NCBI GenBank assembly: GCA_002269645.1
Contig: NIVC01002872.1
Coordinates: 62,001-126,000, forward strand
DNA length: 64,000 bases
DNA from: Macrostomum lignano
Lineage: Eukaryota
Direction: 5' to 3'
Under the pieces are notes generated by a model. That model saw only the letters and a program-made list of their open reading frames with translations, searched no databases and was not told the DNA's origin. Made by a program: the position numbers and the translations under genes. Of this stretch, positions 20,878-51,489 are shown piece after piece; position 1 is the stretch's first letter; every line of letters begins with the position of its first letter.

Positions 20878-23800
20878 GAAGCGTCATGTAAAAATCATAG
20901 AAGCGTCATATAAAAATCATAGATGCGTCATTTAAAAAATCATAGAAGCATCGTATAAAAATCATAGAAGCGTCATGTAAACAATCATAGAAGCGTCATG
21001 TAAACAATCATAGAAGCGCCATGTAAAAATCATAGAAGCGTCATGTAAACAATCATAGAAGCGTCATGTAAACAATCATAGAAGCGTCATGTCAAAATCA
21101 TAGAAGCGTCATGTAAACAATCATAGAAGCGTCATGAAACAATCATAGAAGCGTCATGAAACAATCATAGAAGCGTCATGTAAACAATCATAGAAGCGTC
21201 ATATAAACAATCATAGAAGCGTCATGTAAAAATCATAGAAGCGTCATGTAACCAATCATAGAAGCGTCATGAAACAATCATAGAAGCGTCATGTAAAAAT
21301 CATAGAAGCGTCATGTAAACAATCATAGAAGCGTCATGTAAACAATCATAGAAGCGCCATGTAAAAATCATAAAAGCGACATGTAAAAATCATAGAAGCG
21401 TCATGTAAAATCATAGAATCGTCCTGCCAAAATCGTAGAAGCGTCATGTAAAAAATCCTTGAAGCGTCATGTAAACAATCATAGAAGCGTCATGAAACAA
21501 TCATAGAAGCGTCATGTAAACAATCATAGAAGCGTCATGTAAACAATCCTAGAAGCGTCATGTAAAAAATCATAGAAGCGTCATGTAAACAATCATAGAA
21601 GCGCCAAGTAAAAATCATAAAAGCGTCATGTAAACAATCATAGAAGCGTCATGTAAACAATCATAGAAGCGTCATGTAAACAATCATAGAAGCGTCATGT
21701 AAACAATCCTAGAAGCGTCATGTAAACAATCATAGAAGCGTCATGTAAACAATCCTAGAAGCGTCATGTAAACAATCATAGAAGCGTCATGTAAACAGTC
21801 ATAGAAGCGCCAAGTAAAAATCATAAAAGCGTCATGTAAACAATCATTCAAGCGTCATTTAAACAATCATAGAAGCGTCATGTAAACAATCATTCAAGCG
21901 TCATTTAAACAATCATAGAAGCGTCATGTAAACAAGCATAGAAGAATGTAAACAATCATAGAAGCGTCATGTAAACAATCATTCAAGCGTCATTTAAACA
22001 ATCATAGAAGCGTCATGTAAACAAGCATAGAAGCGTCATGTAAAAATCATAGAAGCGTCATGTAAACAATCATAGAAGCGTCATGTAAACAATCATAGAA
22101 GCGTCATGTCAAAATCATAGAAGCGTCATGTAAACAATCATAGAAGCGTCATGAAACAATCATAGAAGCGTCATGAAACAATCATAGAAGCGTCATGTAA
22201 ACAATCATAGAAGCGTCATATAAACAATCATAGAAGCGTCATGTAAAAATCATAGAAGCGTCATGTAAACAATCATAGAAGCGTCATGAAACAATCATAG
22301 AAGCGTCATGTAAAAATCATAGAAGCGTCATGTAAACAATCATAGAAGCGTCATGTAAACAATCATAGAAGCGCCATGTAAAAATCATAAAAGCGACATG
22401 TAAAAATCATAGAAGCGTCATGTAAAATCATAGAATCGTCCTGCCAAAATCGTAGAAGCGTCATGTAAAAAATCCTTGAAGCGTCATGTAAACAATCATA
22501 GAAGCGTCATGAAACAATCATAGAAGCGTCATGTAAACAATCATAGAAGCGTCATGTAAACAATCCTAGAAGCGTCATGTAAACAATCCTAGAAGCGTCA
22601 TGTAAACAATCATAGAAGCGTCATGTAAACAATCCTAGAAGCGTCATGTAAACAATCATTCAAGCGTCATTTAAACAATCATAGAAGCGTCATGTAAACA
22701 ATCATTCAAGCGTCATTTAAACAATCATAGAAGCGTCATGTAAACAAGCATAGAAGAATGTAAACAATCATAGAAGCGTCATGTAAACAATCATTCAAGC
22801 GTCATTTAAACAATCATAGAAGCGTCATGTAAACAAGCATAGAAGCGTCATGTAAAAATCATAGAAGCGTCATGTAAACAATCATAGAAGCGTCATGTCA
22901 AAATCATAGAAGCGTCATGTAAACAATCATAGAAGCGTCATGAAACAATCATAGAAGCGTCATGTAAACAATCATAGAAGCGCCATGTAAACAATCATAG
23001 AAGCGTCATGTAAAAATCATAGAAGCGTCATGTAAACAATCATAGAAGCGTCATAAAACAATCATAGAAACGTCATGTAAAAATCATAGAAGCGTCATGT
23101 AAACAATCATAGACGCGTCATGTAAACAATCATAGAAGCGTCATGTAAACAATCATAGAAGCGTCATGTAAACAATCATAGAAGCGCCATGTAAAAATCA
23201 TAAAAGCGTCATGTAAACAATCATTCAAGCGTCATTTAAACAATCATAGAAGCGTCATGTAAACAAGCATAGAAGAATGTAAACAATCATAGAAGCGTCA
23301 TGTAAAAATCATAGAAGCGTCATGAAACAATCATAGAAGCGTCATGTAAAAAATCATAAAAGCGTCATGTAAAAATCGTAGAAGCGTCATGTAAAAATCA
23401 TAGAAGCGTCATGTAAAATCATAGAAGCGTCATGTAAAAATCATAGAAGCGTCATGTAAAATCGTAGAATCGTCCAGCCAAAATCGTAGAAGCGTCATGT
23501 AAAAAATCATAGAAGCGTCATGTAAAAATCATAGAAGCGTCATGTAAAATCATAGAATCATCCTGCCAAAATCGTAGAAGCGTCATGTAAAAAATCATTG
23601 AAGCGTCATGTAAACAATCATAGAAGCGTCATGAAACAATCATAGAAGCGTCATGTAAACAATCATAGAAGCGTCATGTAAACAATCCTAGAAGCGTTAT
23701 GTAAACAATCCTAGAAGCGTCATGTAAACAATCATAGAAGCGTCATGTAAACAATCCTAGAAGCGTCATGTAAACAATCATAGAAGCGTCATGTAAACAA

Positions 23801-24700
23801 TCATAGAAGCGCCATGTAAAAATCATAGAAGCATCATGTAAACAATCATAGAAGCGATATATAAAAATCATAGAAGCGTTATGTAAAAATGATAGAAGCG
23901 TCATATAAAAAATCATAGAAGGGTCATGTAAACAATCATAGAAGCGTCATATAAAAATCATAGAAGCGTCATGTAAACAATCATAGAAGCGTCATGAAAC
24001 AATCATAGAAGCGTCATGTAAACAATCATAGAAGCGTCATGAAACAATCATAGAAGCGTCATGTAAACAATCATAGAAGCGCCATGTAAAAAATCATAGA
24101 AGCGTCATGTAAACAATCATAGAAGCGTCATGTAAAAATCATAGAAGCGTCATATAAAAATCATAGATGCGTCATATAAAAATCATAGATGCGTCATGTA
24201 AACAATCATAGAAGCGTCATGTAAACAATCATAGAAGCGTCATGTAAACAATCATAGAAGCGTCATGTAAAAAATCATAGAAGCGTCATGTAATGAATCA
24301 TAGAAGCGTCATGTAAACAATCATAGAAGCGTCATGTAAACAATCATAGAAGCGTCATGTAAAAATCATAGAAGCGTCATGTAAAAAATCATAGAAGCGT
24401 CATGTAAACAATCATAGAAGCGTCATGTAAAAAATCGTAGAAGCGTCATTTAAAAATCATAGAAAGCGTTATTTAAAATAATCATAGAAGCGTCATGTAA
24501 ACAATCAGAGAAGCGTCATGTAAACAATCATAGAAGCGTCATGTAAAAAATCATAGAAGCGTCATGTAAACAATCATAGAAGCGTCAAGAAAAAATCATA
24601 GAAGCGTCATGTAAAAAAAGTCATAGAAGCGTCATGTTAAAATCATAAAAGCGTCATGAAAAAATCATAGAAGCCTCATTTAAAAACTAAGGAAAGTGTC
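20878..24700. repeat. 23-bp satellite AAACAATCATAGAAGCGTCATGT, about 165 copies, with higher-order structure
   Basis: Directly visible; a diagnostic variant block (TAAAAGCGAC...ATCGTCCTGCC) recurs at 21371 and 22388. Confidence 0.98.
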
Positions 24701-25596
24701 ATTTAAAAAATTAAGAAGCATCATGGTAGAATAAAAGAAGCGTCATGTCAGACATGAAGGGTGTCATGTAAAAATAAATGCAGCTATAATTCTGTGCTGG
24801 GGAGAAAAACTGAGACGTTAAGGCTCTCAGAGAATAACTGAGATTACGGGGGGGGGGGGTTGCTGAGATGTCAAAGCAAAAGTCAGAAGCTACTTCAAAG
24901 TTCATGTACTTTACTCAATTTTTTTATTACATTCTTTGTTGGCTCGCCACGGGGGGGGTCGCTGATAGAAGAAGAGTCATGTAAAAAATAAAAGTAGCAC
25001 TATGTATACATAAAAGAAAAGTCATGTCGAAGTTAAAAGATTCATTTGGGAATTGCTATGATGTCAAAGCTTGGAGGGAATCGTTACAGTGCTGTGATTC
25101 TTAAAGAAGGAATCACTAAAATGTCAAGGCTTAGGGGAGAAGAATTGCTGAGATTCAAGGCTTTAGGTTGGGTTAAAGTTAGGTTTAGGTCAGGTGTGGG
25201 TTGAGGGTTATATTTTATCGGGTTTCAAGGTTAACGGGGGATTTTTCAGATTTCAAGGTTTATGGAGGCCATCGCTGACATGTCAAGGCTTACGGGGGAA
25301 TAGCTGAGATGTCAAGGCTCACGGGGGTATAAATGAGATTTCAAAGCTAAAGTCAGAAGCTACATGTAAACAATCATGTAAAGTTTATTGAAAACTTTTT
25401 ATTACATTATTTGATGCCTCCTCAGGGGAGGGATCGCTGATAAAAAAAGCGTAATGTAAAAAATAAAAGAAGCTTCATGTCGAAGTTAAGAGATTCATTT
25501 GGGAATCCCTACGATGTCGAGGCTTGCAGGAAATCGCTATAATGCTGTAGCAGTGCTATAATGACTCTTAGAGAGAATTACTGAAATGTCAATGCT

Positions 25597-25664
25597 TTAG
25601 GGTTAGGTTAGGGTTAGGGTTAGGGTTAGGGTTAGGGTTAGGGTTAGGCTAGGGTTAGGGTTAG
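25597..25664 (+). repeat. Interstitial telomeric repeat (TTAGGG) about 11 units
   Basis: Directly visible, with two variant units. Confidence 0.95.
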
Positions 25665-25919
25665 AAGGTTGACAGATATTTTTAGATTTCCAAGGCTTAT
25701 TGGGGGCATTGCTGAGATGTCAAGGGGGGGAGTTGATATGTTAAAGCTTGTGGTGGGGAATTACTGACATGTCAAGGCTTACAAGGTTTGACAGGAGATT
25801 TTTTAAGATTTCAAGGATACATGTAGCTTATTAAAAAAACGTGTAGCGATTGCATTTCTTTGGCTCCCCAACGGGGGGCGTAGATTGCTAGTTTGACTCT
25901 AATTTCTCAGCTCTTACAC

Positions 25920-25977
25920 GAGCCTGGGCCGCTGGCACATCAAAGCGCCGCGCTGGACCACTGTGCTACGGCCCCAT
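25920..25977 (-). mobile_element. Head-only fragment of SINE family 2
   Basis: Reverse complement GGGGCCGTAGCACAGTGG...CCCAGGCTCG matches the family 2 head. Confidence 0.7.
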
Positions 25978-26417
25978 CGAAAGCAATCATATACACCTGA
26001 GACAGTGCACCAGCTAGTCTAATGTAAGAAGTTCAGTATTTAGGCAACATTTTTTCTTCTAGGAGGTCCCACAGCAACTGCTATGAATGATTAATTTTTT
26101 ACATCAGCATTGAAGATAATTAATATCCCAGTGTGCTGAAAGCAAAGACGTCTAATTTACAAGTAAAAGCTTTGTCGGGCCAGCCCGAAAGAAAAATATC
26201 AGTGTCATATTTTAATGTGTGTAGCATTTATTTATAATTAATCAATGATTTGCAGGGCATAGATTAGATTATATAAATTCATATTTAAAGCTATAGTCTT
26301 GAATCAATCAGTTTTATTAGACAACGCGATAGAAGACGACGCACCATCTCAATACTGTTAGCCTGATTTGTAGGTTGTAAAAAATCATTTTTTGTTACAA
26401 ATTTGCGTGGCCTCTCA

Positions 26418-29415
26418 TTAAGTGTCATGCTGCTTGCACGGCACCTTCGGTCGTTGAACAAGGGTGCCAATAATCTGGTTCTGGAAGACGAACACTTTGA
26501 TCCGATCGAACACGAACAAGAACACCAGCAGCAGGGGCACATACTGCACCCAGGCCCATTTGATCAGGTGCCAGAAACCCGTCAGGTACAGAACCCTTGC
26601 CGGCGGGTAATACACGGTGGCGTTCAATCTGAAGGGTTCACCAGTTGGCCGGCCCGTCTCCCACACGTACAGCGCATTGTCGAACATGGTGGTCACTGAG
26701 TGAGCAGTTTTTTTTAGAACGAGTTGGTGTTTATGATAGTTTTGTCCTTATTTTCTAGTATATTAACATCTTCATAATTTAAATAATGCAGATTCTCTAC
26801 CCCTCTGTGCACAGTGTACACCACCTCCTGTTGATTCTCTACCCCTCTGTGCACAATGTACATCACTTCCTGTTGATTCTCTACCCCTCTGTGCACAGTG
26901 TACATCACTTCCTGCAGATTCCCTACCCCTCTGTGCACAGTGTACATCACTTCCTGCAGATTCTCTACCCCTCTGTGCACAGTGTACATCACTTCCTGCA
27001 GATTCTCTACCCCTCTGTGCACAGTGTACATCACTTCCTGCAGATTCTCTACCCCTCTGTGCACAGTGTACATCACTTCCTGCAGATTCTCTACCCCTCT
27101 GTGCACAGCGTACATAAAAAAACAATAAAAAGTCTTACCATTTCGTTGTTGATAATTCAAAAATATTTTCGATAGCTGATAGTCTGAACTGACGACACTG
27201 GTGCTGGGAATGACCGAGTCCTTTCAACAGAAAAAATAGGTATAGTAAAAATTGATAAAACTTACATAACCAGATTGATTACAATTTTAAAAGCCCGAAT
27301 AAAAACCCTGACGAACTCACATTATAACGAACATCTATTCCCGATGATTTTAGCGGCGTCTTTTGCTTGAAGCTGAGCTGTCCAGTTGCCGACAGAGAAG
27401 CGCCCGACTGACTAGATGAGTAGTCTATGTAGGCCATGCTCTGCATTGTGAAGTCCGACAGTTTCTGTGGGAGATCAGTAGCGTTCATGTTAAAGTCCAA
27501 GCCTTGCAATTGAGCAATAAAAATTTCAATTGGTTTCATACGAAGTATTTTTGGCCATTAGGCCAAACTTCTACAGACAGGGGAGTCGCCATGGATGTTA
27601 TGGTTGGGGGGGGGGGACAAAGCCAAGAATTTTACAAAGCATTGTCATGTCTCCCCATTGCTCTTAATGGGGGGACATGTCTCCCCGTCCTTCCCGGTAG
27701 CGACGCCCCTGGCTGCAGAATACGAGCTCTAGATTCATAAAAACTAAACGGTTGATAAATTAAATGCATCTAAAAGTGCAATTATTTAACTAGCATTGTC
27801 CCTGTACAAGGCAGTACTTACAGACAGCTAAAATAGTATATATTATGGACATTCATTCAAGCATACAAACCTTAGAGATTTAGTATATTTAGATTGTTAA
27901 CTTCTGCTAACTACCCTACTTTCAGTAGAAGTATAGGAAAATACTTAAAATAAAAATAACAAGGAAAATATACCGTCTACTTTAATACTAGAAAAAAATT
28001 TGTTTTTAAATCAGCACAACAGCTGGTATCGACTGTGCACTTCAAGTAGCACCTGCTCCCCACAGCTCAGGGCATGATTTCGGCACTGACTCCCAAGCCG
28101 CCCACTCACCGAGAGTTTGTAGTCAAACAGAAGGATGAGCTTGGCTGCTAGAATGTTCTCGCCGGAAGCCAGCGGCGCTTCAATCTGCACCAACAATGAT
28201 TCGTATTTTCCATCCAAATTAGAGTCCGACTCCATGACCTTCATTTGCACCGCCAGTAGATTTTCCTGCTGCAGAGCGTTCAAGTTTGTCATTGTGCTCC
28301 ATGTCCATTGGGTGGTGCTGGTGCTGAGGATGAGCAATGCCTGGTATTTGAATCGCACAACTGGCTGCTCAGTGTAGAAATCTTCCTTCTTCCAGAATCC
28401 TAGATTTTTTAAGAAAATCAAAGTTCAAGCAAATAACCAATAGAAATTACCAAATGAATCCCTCCATTAAATTATATTAGTACTAGGATTTTGTGCTTAT
28501 GCTCGTAACATATTTTCAAATAATTTCTAAGAAAATATATCTTCTAGTTAACTTTCAGTATGTAAACTAGTACGCCAAAACTCTTTGTTTTAACAGTATA
28601 CTAAAATATATTGAATTACATATATTGTTATTTTTTATTCCAAAAGCAATTTTTTATTCCATTAGAATCGAATAGTTGACACTTGATACTTGAATTTATA
28701 TACTATATTCTTTTAGATCTATTTAAGTACTACTTGGCAAACAAAGTCTGTTTTGAAGGTTTAGTTGCTATTTTTCTCTATAAATGTTTGAATAGAATTT
28801 GTAAAGAAACCCATCCTTAGGTTATTTTTTTAAAATATATGCCAAAAATCGAACCCAGCATAAACATATTTTTTACTTTCAAATTTTATTAGGAATTTAA
28901 ATAGACTACATTTTTTAAATTTATATTGTTAAATATTTTTGCAATAAGGACAAGGAGAATATGAACAAAGACTATGGTGCTAAACCGAAAACCTTAAAAA
29001 CCTTAAGTAAATATAGGCTTGTTATATAAATTTTAAAGGAAAACAATAGCAAAACAAATAACAAACATATTAAACAAACTACCATTGTAACTTCCATGTT
29101 TTATTATATCTATTTTTTATTTTATATTTCTGTTTCACAGCACTTAACTGAACCATCAGTTACTGTCTTAAAAGAGTCTAAAACCATTAAAAAAATGTGG
29201 CACTGCAATCTAAGCGCTTTTCTAAGCAAAACTTTTAGACAGGAGATGCAGTCACAAACTGCAAATACCCGCTTACCATATGCTCGATACACCGACAAAA
29301 GTGGAGCTACAAATGTTAGTATTACGCAACATATAAGAAAAAATGTAGCCTTGGAAACTAGCGTAGATTTATAAACTCTAACTTCTGGGTGTGAAAATAT
29401 TTCATGCAAAGCCAT
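26418..29415 (-). CDS. TMEM231: Transmembrane protein 231, ciliary transition zone (MKS module); join(complement 29415-29277,28399-28110,27464-27321,27220-27139,26695-26418), 310 aa
   Basis: MALHEIFSHP, FWKKEDFYTEQPVVRF, MQSMAYI, GFWHLIKWAWVQYV..FDRIKVFVFQNQ align by eye with known TMEM231; GT-AG junctions, 933 nt in frame. Confidence 0.95.
26788..27114. repeat. 42-bp minisatellite (about 8 copies) filling TMEM231 intron 4
   Basis: TCTCTACCCCTCTGTGCACAGTGTACATCACTTCCTGCAGAT tandem. Confidence 0.95.
27578..27711. mobile_element. hAT-like MITE (134 bp) in TMEM231 intron 2
   Basis: TIR CAGGGGAGTCGC / GCGACGCCCCTG (11/12); degenerate 8-bp TSD TCTACAGA / GCTGCAGA. Confidence 0.7.
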
Positions 29416-31224
29416 AACTGAAAACCAAGTCCTACAGCATCAGAAAATATTTGATAAAAATCCTAAAATCGTCAATAAAAAACAGAATTCCTTTGCGTCA
29501 AATTCACTGAGGAATAGTGGGCACTAGATATTTATTCAGAATAAATTGATATTAAATAATTGATGATAAAAACATAAAATTTTACATATTGAAATAAAAG
29601 AATTTCACTATAATCATTTGAAAACATTTTAATGCGTAAAATTTGTTTAAACTTTTAATAACACCGAAATTATAAAAAAATTTTGTACTGATTTACAATT
29701 TATTGCGGAGCGCAAAAAAACAGTAATTGGATACAATAACCCTGAATCGTTTCGTATAATTTGCTTTATCAAATAGAATGAGATCGAAAAACATCGTTCA
29801 TTATTTTAGTTTACTGAAACAACTTGATTCGTGCGCAACAAAAATTACTCTGAGCATTTAATACTGCATTGATCGGGATCGCACCTTTAGGCTGCAGCTA
29901 AGAAATTTAATTTATCAAAATTTAAGGCCTAAATATCTACATAGTACATCTATGTAATTGGATTATCGGGCGCTGGACTTCTGCAGCTGTGCATCCGCCG
30001 GCCGAAGGCAGAGACATATGCAGCTTTGATGACATCTTTTTATAGCAAAACAACAAAATTATAGTGCTTCGTATTTCTTTTTTGGTTCTTTATTGCCACG
30101 CTCAACGCTATGCGTTCTTTGTAAATATAAGCATCGGCTTCACGCACTTGTCCGCGGATGACCGCGAGATATGCGCAGGCTAGCTGTCAACTGCAAAACG
30201 ACGTACTGCTCTGCAAAGAAGAGAACTCTTAAAGCATCTTTGGATTGTACATTTTGCGTGCATATCTTGTGAAAATTTTCTAAAGTTTAGTATAAGAAAC
30301 CTGATCAAAATTTCTCCATGTACATGGTAACCATCAACGTGCATGCTTGGATGCTGAGCCACTTTCCAACTGCGCTGCCCAGAGTTAATGGTTACAACTG
30401 TACTCAAACACACAAACTCATGGGAATTAAAATTTACAAGTGAGAAAACTACAGTGAAAAAGAAATACATGTACTCGTAAGCCTTTATTTAATCAACAAC
30501 GAAAAGAAGCGAGAAAAGTATACTATTTGCTAAAATAGAAAAGCTCGAGAGAAAAACAGCGCACTTCCAAAAGCGATTAATTTTACAATACGTGCACAGT
30601 TGCAACCAAAGATAGCATTTCAGTCTCAGCAAAGTTGACGCGTGCATTGTCAAAAAGCTACTGAAAATTTATAAAACAATCCAGCTGTTAAAATAAGTCC
30701 GCATACCAAAAAGCAAATAAACATATTTACTTACATGTAAGGCTGTGAGAATTGGATGGCAAGCAAAGTAAACCGGAATGTTTAATTGAAGCTTTATCAT
30801 TAAAACTATAACAAAATAATTCGTTACTCGCAGCATTTTTTTTCGCAAATTGTAAAACACAAGCCAGATTAAAAATTTATTTCTTCCACAGCTGATGAAT
30901 TTATGTACACTTGTACGATTGTAAGCCTCCAAAAATAAAGAATAAAAGCATTTGAGTTCATAAAAGGTCAAAATAGTTGCAGAGTGTCAAGGTAGCAAAT
31001 TAATTTTGAAACCGTATAGCTCTTCCGTAGGCAACGAGCCAATCAAAGTGCAGTAAAATCCATTTTTCAGGCAGCTAATTAAACTTTTCTTCAAAAAGGT
31101 AAACTAGCTACTATATAGTAGGCTGATCTGCTAATAGCTGCGACTATATATTTGCCTTTAAAAATTAAAATCAGTTTATCAAGTTGTTTAAATTATGTGA
31201 CAGGATATTCCATAAGCAGATGGT

Positions 31225-48856
<17,632 letters not shown>

Positions 48857-49887
48857 CTCTGAAAAAAAGTAGTAAAAGTTAAATGAATGAGATTTGCTAT
48901 TGTTCGCTATTGATTATTTTGGTGTTGCAAAGTAAAGTATGAAAGCGTAGTATAAATAATTTTCTCGGTTAGCTGTGATCATCATACCTTGTCGTACATT
49001 TACTTGCATTATATAATTTTTTATTTGTGTATGCCGCTGCAAAAACAGGACTCAGCGACAAATCAAGAGGTGTCAAAAATGCATGCGTCATCCAAAAAAT
49101 AGAGCGAATAGCTATAGTAACTCAAACAAACAGAATGTGATACATCACATGTACGAAACGACTATTTTTTGTGTGAATCGTCCAATTTTGTTTATTTTAG
49201 GAACCCAAACACCAAAATTACTCAAAGAAGCATTTGCTAGCGAGTGTAGAGAATAATTAGTCCGGGAAAGGAGCTGTCCTATGCACCTTATTTTACCGTA
49301 GTTTAGTCTTTACCAAACCGTATTGACAATTCAACTCAATTGGTTTATTTTACTGACACAAATTACGTTTAGACGACACAAATATTAACGTATCAGAAAA
49401 ATTGATCTGAAAGTAAACTTACTGAAGTTGTAAAATCAAGGCAGGAAGTCTCAGTTATCTTTGAATTTGGTCCGTAAAGTGCCCAGGCGTTCTCGCGTTC
49501 ATGGCTTCTTATATAGACAAAATATATTTAGATTTTAACAATTTCAACTATCGCTAAAAAAATCAGCTTCTTTTTTTATTTAAAAGTTTTTTCTCAGAGG
49601 ACAAAAAAAGCTAAATACCTACTTTATAGTGTTTGGTAAGTATTAATATTGTTGTCTTTGTTATACTTGTTATAACATTTAAAATCCACTGACGCCGACG
49701 ACGCCATCATAACTAGAAAAAAAAGAAGAATAATAATAATCGTTGCCTGCCGCCAGCTTTTTTATGGACCAAAAATATCATTACACAATACACACTACTG
49801 GCGGCACTAATAGAATTGGCTTGAAGCGTGACTGATTGCAGAGCCGCCCTATATAAAATTGCAATTGACGCTATAGTTAGTCAGTCT

Positions 49888-49999
49888 GGCTATCCTGTAG
49901 TTTCGCACGTTAAATTATTTTACGGAATTATTTCGCCCTCTATTCAAGGGTGGTGGGGGGTGGGGATAATAATTTAACGTGCGAAACTACAGGATAGCC
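49888..49999. mobile_element. Merlin-like MITE (112 bp)
   Basis: Perfect 32-bp TIR GGCTATCCTGTAGTTTCGCACGTTAAATTATT; perfect 8-bp TSD GTCAGTCT (49880-49887, 50000-50007). Confidence 0.9.
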
Positions 50000-50205
50000 G
50001 TCAGTCTAAAAGAATGCTAAACTAAACTAAGCTGGCTGCGGGCCTGCGGCAGTGAGTGCTTTGGCAGTCTGCCTCTGGTGCTGGTAGTGCCGTAGTGGTA
50101 GAAGGCCTGTACCTGTTTAACATATTTAACCTAGGCTTAGGCTACGAAGCCATAAAGCATTTAACCCATCTACACACATGTGACATGACATGATATTGTG
50201 GATTT

Positions 50206-50697
50206 GGCATAGTTCTAGTTTACTTCGTTATATTATTTCATAATTCTACTTGTCTTTACTTCGTTATATTATTTTAATGTATTTTCTTGCATCTGTACTC
50301 TTACCACAACCCTTTCAGCCATTATGGCTGGTCGCCCAGCTGCACTGACGGTTATTTGTCCTGCAAATAAAATTGTTAATGCTGCCGAGCTTAACGCTGT
50401 GGATCCGGCTGACCCAATGGTGCACACAAACCGCATCGAGGGGACATGGGCCCTGGCCAAGAGGCGCCTGCGCGCCATGCACAGAATGAGCAACGTGCTT
50501 TTTGAGGCCCATCTTGAGGAGTACATCTGGCGCCACATGTACCCTAACAACCCCTTCGGCGCTGTGCTGTACTGGGCCTCTGTTTATTATCCTGTTTAGG
50601 ACTTGACTTGACCTTGAACCTAAAATAGATAGAAAAACGGGGTAAAATAATTTAACGAAAGGCAGAATAATCTAACAAAGTAAACTAGAATTATGCC
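50206..50697 (+). mobile_element. Internally deleted Merlin DNA transposon (492 bp)
   Basis: About 32-bp imperfect TIRs GGCATA(G/A)TTCTAGTTTACTT; perfect 8-bp TSD GTGGATTT (50198-50205, 50698-50705); contains a transposase remnant. Confidence 0.9.
50324..50599 (+). pseudogene. C-terminal fragment of a Merlin/IS1595-family (ISXO2-like) DDE transposase
   Basis: VDP..VHTNRIEGTWALAKR..HLEEYIWR matches the HTNxIEGxW..KR..ExxxR signature around the third catalytic residue; the two Asp regions are absent. Confidence 0.8.
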
Positions 50698-51317
50698 GTG
50701 GATTTTTAGAATGTATTCCTGGTACAGTACTCAGTAGGCCGTAGGCGTAGGCTTAGGCCTAGGCCGCCTATGCTAGCCTTCATTTTTAACTCTTCAAAAC
50801 AGTTACTGTGTTCTTCTAGGCCTAGGCCTATTTAACTGCATAATTGTAGTTTGTTTGAATCTTCATTTTTTGCTTTCTTAGCTAAACGGTAGGCTATGCC
50901 TAGCCTAGCAGCCTAGCTAGGCCCTACACTATGCCTATGGCCTAAGCCTATAATTTTTGTAGTTGATAAGTCTAACTTATAAACATTATTCATTGTTTAT
51001 GGGCATATAGCATAGGCTAGCATCATATATAGACTTAGGACTTGACCTATTATGCTTACTCTCAGGCCTAATTTCTAACTCTAAAGGCTAAAGCCTAGGT
51101 AGGCCTAGTTATAAACAATAGGGCTTATCATAAGTTAGAATTAGAAACATTTTACTAAATTTTCTGGTGCAAATAATAATAGTTTTGTCTTAGTTATAGG
51201 CCTATGATTTTAATTTAAGCTTATTAAATAAAATAGTTATTAATATTCATGTGTAATCTTTGAATTTATATTAACCAAATGATACCCATTGGAATAAATT
51301 CTCAAAATCCTCAGATA

Positions 51318-51489
51318 CATGCTTAGGTGCAACCTAGGGATTCACCCGGCCATTTCTATTGGCAACACACACATGTAAGTTGTTATTGGACGGAATAGTA
51401 GTCACGTGACTTCTCTTAGCCAATAGCGATTTCCATGTGTGTGTTGCCAATAGAAATGGCCAAGTGATTCCCAAGGTTGCGCATGTATA
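51318..51489. mobile_element. Palindromic MITE copy 2 (P- or hAT-type)
   Basis: Homologous to 10992-11162; 8-bp TSD CTCAGATA (51310-51317, 51490-51497). Confidence 0.85.

Larger units (their letters stand above)
20288..25891 (+). mobile_element. Non-autonomous Helitron-like element carrying a 3.8-kb satellite and a TTAGGG tract
   Basis: 5' TCCAATATACTAAAA followed by (TGTC)/(TCTA) microsatellite and GGACCGATTTT; 3' GC hairpin GCTCCCC-AAC-GGGGGGC then TAGATTGCTAG|T at 25891/25892. The 5' boundary is approximate. Confidence 0.6.

Noticed and set aside
25597-25664. True chromosome end
   Set aside because: Short, internal and flanked by repeat-element sequence on both sides.
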